26,464 nt of DNA from a virus (lineage: Duplodnaviria; Caudoviricetes), in the IMG/VR virus record IMGVR_UViG_3300032267_000041, positions 1 through 26,464 of that record; one strand, given 5' to 3'. Shown in pieces: positions 18,712-26,107 of the stretch (position 1 is its first letter; the number at the start of each line of letters is the position of its first letter). The position numbers were made by a program, and so were the translations under genes. The notes beneath the pieces were generated by a model. That model was not told the origin of the DNA, searched no databases, and worked only from the letters and a program-made list of their open reading frames with translations.

Positions 18712-19292
18712 TACAGCTTTGGCAGTCTGATATAGTTATTGATTATCAAAATAGAGAAACTTTAAACAATCAATTACTTCCTTATCTTTTAGATAAATAC
18801 AAACAAACAAGTCTTGGTAAAGAACATTACGAAAGAATACCTCATAATATCTTTGCTGATAATTTTGAACCAGTAAATCAATTAAAAGAATTATTAATTA
18901 ATACTACTAAAAATTATTATGACATTGGTGGTTTGGAATTTGATATTGAGGGACATGAAATAGTAAGCCACGACAGGCAATTTATTAAAACTCATGTAGA
19001 TACTGAAGAAGGCGATTTAACATTTCAATATTATGTTAAAGCACCAAAAGAAAACGAAGATAAAGAAACAAATTCTTTTGGTAATGCTTCGTTTGTTTTA
19101 GTTAATCCTGCTAGACCTGCTGGTTCTTTTACTTTTAAAAACGAACACTATTTAGAATATCCAGTTCTTCCTAAAGAGGGATTATTAATAATGTATCGTT
19201 CTTATATTCCGCATTATCAAAATCCATACGAAGGTAATGATGAGTTAGTTCAAGTAGTGGCTAATATTAAATTTAAAAGAGATTTACATTAA
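18690..19292 (+). CDS. putative 2OG-Fe(II) oxygenase superfamily protein
   Basis: HxD (THVD) followed by QYYVKAP, FVLVNP.RP, and PKEGLLIMYRSYIPH with the distal His; layout of phage 2OG-Fe(II) oxygenases. Confidence 0.75.
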   Translation: MSSNSKLIQLWQSDIVIDYQNRETLNNQLLPYLLDKYKQTSLGKEHYERIPHNIFADNFEPVNQLKELLINTTKNYYDIGGLEFDIEGHEIVSHDRQFIKTHVDTEEGDLTFQYYVKAPKENEDKETNSFGNASFVLVNPARPAGSFTFKNEHYLEYPVLPKEGLLIMYRSYIPHYQNPYEGNDELVQVVANIKFKRDLH

Positions 19293-20710
19293 TGCCAGAA
19301 TTTAAATTGGTATGCCAAAAAAGAGGTATGCCAAACTACTATTACTTAACAGCAGAACCTAAAATATTTTATTATAATTCTGAAACAAGTTCTTTGTTAG
19401 ATGAAAATAGAAATCAAGTTATAGAACAAGAAATAAAACAAGACCAAAAACTTGGTTGGAATTGGACTAAAGATAATCCAGCAACAAAAACAAAAGCAAT
19501 AAGACATCTTAAAATTTCTTTAGGATTATCTTGTAATTACTCTTGTAGTTATTGCTCTCAAAGATTTATTCCAAACGCAGACGAAACAACTAAAAAAGAA
19601 GTACCACAATTTTTAGAAAGATTTTCAAGTTGGTATGATGGTGGAGAAGATGGTCTAGGCAAAGGAACTAAAATTGAATTTTGGGGTGGAGAACCTTTAG
19701 TTTATTGGAAAACATTAAAACCATTGGCAGAAGGTATAAAAGAAAAATATCCCAACATGATATTTGGTATGATTACCAATGGAACTCTTTTAGATGACGA
19801 AAAGATTGAGTGGATTGACAAACTTGGCTTTAGTATTGGAATGTCTCACGATGGTGTTGGTTATCATATTAGAGGTAAAGACCCATTAGATAATCCAAAG
19901 CAAAAAGAAATGATTATGAAATTGTGGAATATATTATCTCCACAAGGCAGAATGAGTATTAATGCCATGCTTCATAAAGCAAATATGAGCAGAGCAGATA
20001 TACAAGAATTTTTATTAAAATATTTTGGAGAAAACCTAGTTATAGGCGAAGGCGAGTTTATTGATGCTTATGACGTTGGTGGAGTAGCCAGTTCACTAAC
20101 TACACAAAAAGAACAAATAAAATTTAGAACAAAATCTTTAGATGAAATTTCTTCTGGTAAGGCAGATAGATTTAGTGTTCTTCCAATGAAAATCGATGGT
20201 TTTATTAATACTATTGTAAATGGTAAATATAAAAGTTCAGTTTCACAAAAGTGCGGAATAGATAATCCTAATAGTCTTACAGTAGATTTAAAAGGAAACA
20301 CTATTACTTGCCAAAATGTTTCTTCTGTAGCAACAGCTCCTAATGGAGAAAGTCATCATACAGGAAGTGTTTATGATTTTAATAATATTAAAATGAAATC
20401 TATAACAACTTGGCAGAACAGAAAAAATTGCTCTAAGTGTCCAGTATTACATATCTGCAAAGCATCTTGTATGTTCTTAGATGGTGATTTATTTCAAGCA
20501 AGTTGTGATAATTCTTACTCAGATAATATAGTTTTCTTTGCGTTAGCTATAGAAAAGCTAACTGGATATTTACCAATTAGAGTTGAGGGTCAGCATCATA
20601 GACCAGACAGAGAAGATGTTTGGGGTTTAAGTGGTTTTCCAGTTGAACCAGTAAAACAAAAAGAATTACCAAAAAAATATAATTTTAACATTAATGGAGC
20701 AACAGTATGA
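19292..20710 (+). CDS. radical SAM enzyme with SPASM domain
   Basis: CxxxCxxC (CNYSCSYC), FWGGEP, ITNGTLL, SHDG; C-terminal KCG...TCQ...CSKCPVLHICKASC...C, containing the Cx2Cx5Cx3C SPASM motif. Confidence 0.95.
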   Translation: MPEFKLVCQKRGMPNYYYLTAEPKIFYYNSETSSLLDENRNQVIEQEIKQDQKLGWNWTKDNPATKTKAIRHLKISLGLSCNYSCSYCSQRFIPNADETTKKEVPQFLERFSSWYDGGEDGLGKGTKIEFWGGEPLVYWKTLKPLAEGIKEKYPNMIFGMITNGTLLDDEKIEWIDKLGFSIGMSHDGVGYHIRGKDPLDNPKQKEMIMKLWNILSPQGRMSINAMLHKANMSRADIQEFLLKYFGENLVIGEGEFIDAYDVGGVASSLTTQKEQIKFRTKSLDEISSGKADRFSVLPMKIDGFINTIVNGKYKSSVSQKCGIDNPNSLTVDLKGNTITCQNVSSVATAPNGESHHTGSVYDFNNIKMKSITTWQNRKNCSKCPVLHICKASCMFLDGDLFQASCDNSYSDNIVFFALAIEKLTGYLPIRVEGQHHRPDREDVWGLSGFPVEPVKQKELPKKYNFNINGATV

Positions 20711-20823
20711 AAAACAAAGACTGTAAATGTAAACCATGTACCTGCGGAAAAGAAGTTACCTGCAAGTGTGCTGAGAAAGTAACGAAGCTAAAAGAAAAAC
20801 TTAAACAACTAACAAAAAAATAA
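20707..20823 (+). CDS. 38-aa Cys-rich peptide (CxC x3), metallothionein-like or RiPP-precursor-like
   Basis: Below the ORF-track cutoff; my translation is MKNKDCKCKPCTCGKEVTCKCAEKVTKLKEKLKQLTKK; ATGA overlap with the rSAM stop. Confidence 0.7.
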   Translation: MKNKDCKCKPCTCGKEVTCKCAEKVTKLKEKLKQLTKK

Positions 20824-20824
20824 C

Positions 20825-20947
20825 ATGACAATATTATTAATGACATTAAGTTTTATCGCAGGAGCTTGGTTAGCATGGAGATATGAAAATATATTAGATG
20901 ATTTCATAGAACACTTTAAAGGATTAAATAATAAAAAAGATTCTTAA
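20825..20947 (+). CDS. 40-aa small membrane protein
   Basis: My translation is MTILLMTLSFIAGAWLAWRYENILDDFIEHFKGLNNKKDS; hydrophobic N-terminus; starts 1 nt after the previous stop. Confidence 0.6.
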   Translation: MTILLMTLSFIAGAWLAWRYENILDDFIEHFKGLNNKKDS

Positions 20948-20951
20948 AAAA

Positions 20952-21161
20952 ATGACACCTTATACATTTGAAGAAATACAATTTTTAAACAAACCAACAC
21001 AAGAGGAAAATATGTTCACACCTAAATTTGAAATTCCTTCTTACGAAGAAGCTAAGAAAGCTACAGAAAACTTCGCAGGACAGGTTCAGAAATTTTGGGC
21101 AGATGCTTTCAAAGACTACGCAAAGTCAGTTGAAGCATTTTTTCAAAATAACAAAAAGTAA
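20952..21161 (+). CDS. hypothetical amphipathic helical protein (likely start at ATG 21012)
   Basis: ORF track; gagga RBS precedes the internal ATG at 21012 (MFTPKFEIP..., 49 aa). Confidence 0.6.
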   Translation: MTPYTFEEIQFLNKPTQEENMFTPKFEIPSYEEAKKATENFAGQVQKFWADAFKDYAKSVEAFFQNNKK

Positions 21162-21187
21162 ACTAACAATCAACAAAGGCGACTACA

Positions 21188-21343
21188 TTGGCACGTAAGA
21201 AAAAAGAAGTGTCAGTTATGGATTTGATTGAGGAAATCGAAGACAAACTAGACCAGATCAAAGACAAAGTAGAAGACCAAGACTTCGAAGATGAAAGTTT
21301 TGAAGACGATATCGACGAAGATTTAGACGAAGACCTAGAGTAG
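21188..21343 (+). CDS. 51-aa highly acidic protein
   Basis: My translation from TTG is MARKKKEVSVMDLIEEIEDKLDQIKDKVEDQDFEDESFEDDIDEDLDEDLE (24 of 51 residues D/E); aagg upstream. Confidence 0.65.
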   Translation: MARKKKEVSVMDLIEEIEDKLDQIKDKVEDQDFEDESFEDDIDEDLDEDLE

Positions 21344-21352
21344 TTAAAATTA

Positions 21353-21389
21353 GTGGTCGGTCGTTACTTGTTCAGATACGGCCGACTAC
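21353..21389 (+). promoter_or_regulatory. 12-bp RNA stem-loop (terminator, processing site or regulatory element)
   Basis: gtggtcggtcgt / acggccgactac pair fully with two G-U pairs on the + strand; 13-nt loop. Confidence 0.55.
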
Positions 21390-21399
21390 ATTAATTTAT

Positions 21400-21651
21400 A
21401 TGAAAAAAAGGAAAATAAATCCTACAAAACAACAACTTAATAATAATTTATTAGTTCATATTTTAAAAGATATGAACCAAAAAATTGAACATATCCACCA
21501 AGACCTAACAAAAAACGGTGACGATATTACAGAATTAAAACAACAAATAGCTATGTCTAAAGGTGGTTTAAAAGTTCTTATAGGAATTGCCGCTATGCTT
21601 GGAACAATATTTACAATCTGGCAGTATTTTTTAGGTAAAAATGGCTCGTAG
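21400..21651 (+). CDS. coiled-coil protein with C-terminal transmembrane helix (lysis-region membrane protein)
   Basis: Heptad-like region followed by KGGLKVLIGIAAMLGTIFTIWQYF. Confidence 0.7.
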   Translation: MKKRKINPTKQQLNNNLLVHILKDMNQKIEHIHQDLTKNGDDITELKQQIAMSKGGLKVLIGIAAMLGTIFTIWQYFLGKNGS

Positions 21652-21883
21652 AAATTACAGATTAGAATATCAAAAATATCAATCTTCAGAAAAAGCAAAA
21701 TTAGAAAGGGCATCTAGAAATAGAGCTCGTAGAGAATTAATGGCTAAAGGAGTTGTTGCTAAGGGTGATGGTAAAGATGTTGACCATATTGATAGCAACC
21801 CAACAAATAATTCAAGATCAAATTTAAGAGTAACCTCAGCTCATTTAAACAGAGGTAAATTAAGAGTTAAATATAAACATTAA
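21641..21883 (+). CDS. small HNH endonuclease
   Basis: R.Y..EY..., RA.RN.ARR, KGDGKDVDH.D.NP.NN...NLRV....NR. Confidence 0.85.
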   Translation: MARRNYRLEYQKYQSSEKAKLERASRNRARRELMAKGVVAKGDGKDVDHIDSNPTNNSRSNLRVTSAHLNRGKLRVKYKH

Positions 21884-21890
21884 AAAAATT

Positions 21891-22250
21891 ATGTGGGGAT
21901 TTATTTTAGGATTAGTTAAAAATCCAATCGTTTCTTTAATAGCAGATAAAACTATTGGGGAAGTAAAACATTATTTAGAAATAAAAAAATTAGAAAGAGT
22001 AGCTGAAATTGAAGCACTTAAAACAATTCAAGTTGCTCAAGTAGAAGCTAGTGAACGTAGTTGGAAAGACGAGTGGCTTACAATAGTTTTTACTTCATTG
22101 CTTGTTGCACACTTTTTCCCACAAACTAGAGACTATATGATTACTGGTTGGGAAATTTTAAAATCAGCCCCAGATATGTTCTGGTGGATTGTTTTGGCAA
22201 TAGTTTCAGGAAGTTTTGGAATTAATGTAATGGATAAATTTAAAAAATAA
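21891..22250 (+). CDS. putative holin (3TM-holin-like)
   Basis: SWKDEW motif followed by two hydrophobic helices and .SFG.; position before the terminase. Confidence 0.7.
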   Translation: MWGFILGLVKNPIVSLIADKTIGEVKHYLEIKKLERVAEIEALKTIQVAQVEASERSWKDEWLTIVFTSLLVAHFFPQTRDYMITGWEILKSAPDMFWWIVLAIVSGSFGINVMDKFKK

Positions 22251-22327
22251 TGCCTTTAAAAAGAATAGTTAGATTTAAAAAAGTTATTACCAAAAGTAAT
22301 AAATTTAAAAAGAAACCAAAAAAATAA
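22250..22327 (+). CDS. possible 25-aa basic peptide
   Basis: MPLKRIVRFKKVITKSNKFKKKPKK; TAATG overlap with the holin stop; ends 1 nt before the next gene. Confidence 0.4.
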   Translation: MPLKRIVRFKKVITKSNKFKKKPKK

Positions 22328-22328
22328 A

Positions 22329-22577
22329 ATGATAAATAATTTTCCTTATAAACCAATTAAAGGAGAATTACACTGGTTAGACGCTCAATCTAAAACTGGT
22401 TGGGTAAATGAAAAAGAAATAAGAGAATTAAAACCAGCAACTTGTATAACAAGAGGTTGGGTATTTGAAGAAACAAAAAATTACATTAAAACATTTTCAA
22501 CATACTCAATAGACAGTGAAGGAATTATTGAGTTTGGAGAAATTCTTGTAATACCAAAAAATTGGATAATTAAATAA
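22329..22577 (+). CDS. conserved hypothetical phage protein
   Basis: W.DA....GW...C.T.GW....IP..W pattern familiar from small phage proteins. Confidence 0.7.
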   Translation: MINNFPYKPIKGELHWLDAQSKTGWVNEKEIRELKPATCITRGWVFEETKNYIKTFSTYSIDSEGIIEFGEILVIPKNWIIK

Positions 22578-22643
22578 ATGTGTATTTATAAAACGGCTTA
22601 TGGCTGTTTACTATTAAAGGAATGTAAATGTCAGAAAAATTAA
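22578..22643 (+). CDS. possible 21-aa Cys-rich peptide
   Basis: MCIYKTAYGCLLLKECKCQKN; ATG immediately after the previous stop; overlaps the start of the small terminase. Confidence 0.35.
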   Translation: MCIYKTAYGCLLLKECKCQKN

Positions 22644-22867
22644 AAAAACTAGAAGACTTACACGAGCTTCTAGCACAAAAATTATTAGATAAGATAATGA
22701 GCGACGAGGTTAAAAGTGCCGACCTAAATGTGGCACGTCAATTCCTTAAGGATAATAACATAGACTGTATTCCAAAGTCTGGAAATGCTGTGTCAAAATT
22801 AGCCGAAGAACTACCTTTTAAAATAGAGGATTTAGAAGAAATAGTACGAGATAAGGACTTCAATTAA
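22628..22867 (+). CDS. terminase small subunit (gp18-like, DNA maturase A)
   Basis: L..LH..LA..LL..I......ADLNVARQFLKDNNI...L...LPF. Confidence 0.9.
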   Translation: MSEKLKKLEDLHELLAQKLLDKIMSDEVKSADLNVARQFLKDNNIDCIPKSGNAVSKLAEELPFKIEDLEEIVRDKDFN

Positions 22868-22910
22868 AACGTGCATATACGTGCGTTTAAATAAGAAATA
22901 GAGGCCATTT

Positions 22911-24542
22911 ATGGACGCTGTTAAAGCGGATTTTCGTAACTTCCTATACTTAGTATGGAAACACTTAAATATTGAACCAACACCAGTTCAATACGATATT
23001 GCAGATTTTCTACAAAACGCACCCAGACGAAGTGTCATACAAGCTTTTCGAGGTGCTGGTAAGTCTTGGATTTGTAGTGCCTTCGTGTGTTGGAACTTAT
23101 TACGAAACCCAAATTTAAAATTCTTAGTCGTATCTGCTTCTAAAAACAGAGCCGATGATTTTAGTACATTTACTAAAAGATTAATCAATGAATTAGAAAT
23201 ATTAAAACACTTAACACCTAGAGCTGACCAAAGGGGAAGTAACGTGTCCTTTGATGTCGCTCTAGCAAAAGCCTCGCACGCACCCAGTGTCAAATCTGTG
23301 GGGATTACTGGTCAGATCACTGGTTCACGTGCGGACTTCATAATCTCTGACGACTGCGAAAGTTTAAATAACTCATTAACTCAAACTATGAGAGATAAAC
23401 TTTCAGATAGCGTAAAAGAGTTTGAGGCCGTGTTATCTCCTAATGGTAAAATTATATTCTTAGGCACTCCCCAGTCCGATATGTCATTATACAATGACTT
23501 ACCGACAAGAGGGTATGAGGTAAGGATTTGGACGGCACGTATGCCAGAAACAAGTCGTATTCCAAAATATGGAAATAAGTTAGCTCCATTTATTATTAAT
23601 AGTAAGTTTGGAAGTGGTGAGCCCGTTGACCCTAAACGTTTTACTGATTTAGAACTTAGAGAACGAGAAGCGTCTTATGGTCGTTCTGGGTTTGCTTTAC
23701 AGTTTATGTTGGACACTACATTGTCCGACAAAGAAAGATTCCCATTAAAGTTATCTGATTTAATTGTTATGGATATTGATAACAAAATTGCCCCTATACA
23801 ATTAGCTTGGGCTGGAAGTCAGGAATATGTTTGTGATGATTTACCAAGCGTTGGATTTACTGGAGACAAGTATCACAAGCCAATGTTTATATCAGATCAG
23901 TTTGATGCCTATAAAGGTTCAGTAATGGCTATTGACCCTAGTGGTCGTGGAAGTGATGAATTAGGTGTTGCTATTATAAAACAACTTAATGGAAATTTAT
24001 TCTTGCACACTTGTAAGGGACTACAAGGCGGCTACAGTGAAACTAATTTAATTAACTTAGCTAAGATGGCTAGAGATGCCGAAGTTAATATGATTATTGT
24101 TGAAAGTAACTTTGGTGACGGAATGTTTACCCAACTATTGAAACCAGTGGTTAACAAATACCACCCAGTTACTATTGAAGAAGTTAGTCACTCCAAACAA
24201 AAGGAGCTTAGGATAATAGATACTCTAGAGCCCCTAATGAACCAACACCGACTAATTGTTAGCCCACAGCTTATAAGAGCTGACTTTGATACAAGTGACC
24301 CTCACTACCAACTGTTTTATCAATTAACAAGGTTAACCAAAGATCGTGGCTGTCTAAGGAATGACGACAGATTAGATGCTCTTGCAATAGGTGTCGCTTA
24401 TTGGATTGAACAGTTAGCCGTAGATAGTACTAGTCAAGTAGAGGACTTTAAGGAACGCCAACTTAAAACAGAGTTAGAGAAGTTTATGGAACATGCGGTT
24501 GGTAGGTCGACAATAGGGGATAACTGGATTCAATACAAATAA
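22911..24542 (+). CDS. terminase large subunit (gp19-like, DNA maturase B)
   Basis: Walker A region IQAFRGAGKSWI, GQITGSRAD.II.DD.E, LGTPQ, nuclease IDPSGRG.DE, ESNFGDGMF, DDRLDALA. Confidence 0.97.
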   Translation: MDAVKADFRNFLYLVWKHLNIEPTPVQYDIADFLQNAPRRSVIQAFRGAGKSWICSAFVCWNLLRNPNLKFLVVSASKNRADDFSTFTKRLINELEILKHLTPRADQRGSNVSFDVALAKASHAPSVKSVGITGQITGSRADFIISDDCESLNNSLTQTMRDKLSDSVKEFEAVLSPNGKIIFLGTPQSDMSLYNDLPTRGYEVRIWTARMPETSRIPKYGNKLAPFIINSKFGSGEPVDPKRFTDLELREREASYGRSGFALQFMLDTTLSDKERFPLKLSDLIVMDIDNKIAPIQLAWAGSQEYVCDDLPSVGFTGDKYHKPMFISDQFDAYKGSVMAIDPSGRGSDELGVAIIKQLNGNLFLHTCKGLQGGYSETNLINLAKMARDAEVNMIIVESNFGDGMFTQLLKPVVNKYHPVTIEEVSHSKQKELRIIDTLEPLMNQHRLIVSPQLIRADFDTSDPHYQLFYQLTRLTKDRGCLRNDDRLDALAIGVAYWIEQLAVDSTSQVEDFKERQLKTELEKFMEHAVGRSTIGDNWIQYK

Positions 24543-24569
24543 CTTACCCTATACCAATACTTAAGCTGA

Positions 24570-24705
24570 ATACTAATAGTTACTAGTAATAGTCTAATAT
24601 AGGTTAGATATAGGTTAGTATAAGTATTGTAACTAGTTCCAATACTATATGTTACCAGTAGTATACCAGTTGGGATAATACCAACAATATCAACACAATG
24701 TTGAT
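24570..24705. repeat. short direct repeats and palindromes downstream of the terminase
   Basis: Tandem atataggttag x2 (24597-24618), taccagt x2 (24653, 24664), actagt x2, hairpins gttgg/ccaac (24669-24685) and atcaaca/tgttgat (24689-24705). Confidence 0.55.
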
Positions 24706-24926
24706 TTTAATATGATTTGTCGGTTAGTCAAATACTTTTTTTAAAAAAATATGAAAGGGTATCTCGATTGCTCCACTGTCAAAAAACCCCCCTGCAACCC
24801 CAAGTTGTGTGTTGAAATTGCAAAGGCAAAAGACCAATAAAATAGCCATTAATTCCCAATTACTCACAAGGGATAAACTATCTTTTGTAAATGTTGATTA
24901 AAAATGTTTTGATTTAAAAGAGACAC

Positions 24927-24956
24927 AGGGCATATCTGTTTTTTTTAATATGCCCT
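24927..24956. terminator. 9-bp inverted repeat just past the end of the minus-strand genes
   Basis: agggcatat (24927-24935) / atatgccct (24948-24956). Confidence 0.4.
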
Positions 24957-24970
24957 ATGAACTGGAGTGA

Positions 24971-25159
24971 TTAACCCCTAAAGATTTTATTAGTTTTGTT
25001 TTGGTTTAACTTTTGGAAATGGGTTTCCAACCTAGACCTATATTGTGCCTTTTGTGTTAAATAGCTATCAATCACAAAAAACATACACAGCACCACCAAT
25101 GCAAAACTACCTATTAAAAATATAAGCAACATATCCATTAATATATTTAAGTTTTCCAT
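24971..25159 (-). CDS. hypothetical membrane protein
   Basis: N-terminal hydrophobic helix; 2 nt from the upstream minus-strand ORF. Confidence 0.6.
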   Translation of the reverse strand: MENLNILMDMLLIFLIGSFALVVLCMFFVIDSYLTQKAQYRSRLETHFQKLNQNKTNKIFRG

Positions 25160-25161
25160 AG

Positions 25162-25362
25162 CTAGTGAAGTGTTTTAAATTTGCTTTCCAAGTAGTTTAA
25201 AAAGTGTTTCGCAAAAGCCGTTAAGAATAGGCGACCTTTAAATACAAAAGACTTTTTATTGTTTTGGACAGCTTTAATATATGTCTCTTTAAATTCCAAA
25301 ACCTTAGAACTATTAAAAGTCATATACTCGTTAGCTTTGTAGTCTTGTTTTAACATAAGCAA
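25162..25362 (-). CDS. hypothetical phage protein
   Basis: ORF track; F...Y.KA......F.F.G....T.FAK....YL pattern. Confidence 0.6.
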   Translation of the reverse strand: MLMLKQDYKANEYMTFNSSKVLEFKETYIKAVQNNKKSFVFKGRLFLTAFAKHFLNYLESKFKTLH

Positions 25363-25743
25363 CCCTAATTGTTGATTTGTTTTATTATAAATATTAAATT
25401 AAAATCAATATTAAATCAATATTAAAACAACTAATAAAACTAATAATTTTACACTCAAAACACACTTGGGCAAGTATCTGGGTGGCTTTGTCGATTTGTC
25501 TTTAGAACTATTACCAACCTTTAGCTAACTACGGGTTAACTCAACTTTGTTGGTGGCACTCGGGAGAAATAAAAAAGATAACCCGTATCAAAAATAGATT
25601 TAACTTAAAGTGGCTAAAGGTTAACTTAAAACCTAGACAGCTAGGGGGTGGAGAAAATCTAGGTTAACCCGTAAGATACTAAAGTGGGTAAATAATAATT
25701 TAACTATTTTAAAAATGCCAAAGACAGCTCTTTCTGATGGTGG

Positions 25744-25926
25744 CTATTTTTTTGATGGGAGCTTGTTTTTAAACTCTTTAAAATTATGGACTATTAAAAC
25801 CTGATTTAATATTTTTTCAGTCAGGGTGGTATCAGGGGTAATTCTAGTAATAATATTTTTAATATCCTTAATCGATAAGTTATTTAATTTAGTATTAATC
25901 CAATGCTTAGGGTGGTTATAATTCAT
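25744..25926 (-). CDS. hypothetical protein
   Basis: ORF track; ATGA-coupled to the upstream 58-aa ORF. Confidence 0.55.
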   Translation of the reverse strand: MNYNHPKHWINTKLNNLSIKDIKNIITRITPDTTLTEKILNQVLIVHNFKEFKNKLPSKK

Positions 25927-26099
25927 TTAAAGAAATTGTTAAAATCTTTTTCTAATTTATTTAATACATCATCATTAATTAAACTTTCTAAAATTTTATT
26001 TTCTAGGGGTATGGTAGGCAAGGGGTGGGGCGAACTTGATTGCCCTTGTGCCTTTAAATCGGTTTTTTTTAATCCACTATCACTATTATTCACTATCAT
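25923..26099 (-). CDS. 58-aa hypothetical protein
   Basis: My translation is MIVNNSDSGLKKTDLKAQGQSSSPHPLPTIPLENKILESLINDDVLNKLEKDFNNFFK; bridges two minus-strand genes. Confidence 0.5.
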   Translation of the reverse strand: MIVNNSDSGLKKTDLKAQGQSSSPHPLPTIPLENKILESLINDDVLNKLEKDFNNFFK

Positions 26100-26107
26100 T
26101 TTAATAT

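Noticed and set aside
19292-20710. rSAM enzyme as a DNA-modification (QueE-like), ribonucleotide reductase activase or sulfatase-maturation enzyme
   Set aside because: It has a full SPASM domain and lies among late tail genes; no que/fol, nrdD or sulfatase gene is in the window. Disfavoured, not formally excluded.
22867-22888. Imperfect hairpin between the terminase genes
   Set aside because: Short stem that needs two G-U pairs; could be chance
20068-23293. Minus-strand ORFs at 20068, 21456 and 22988
   Set aside because: Antisense to the rSAM, lysis-region and terminase genes
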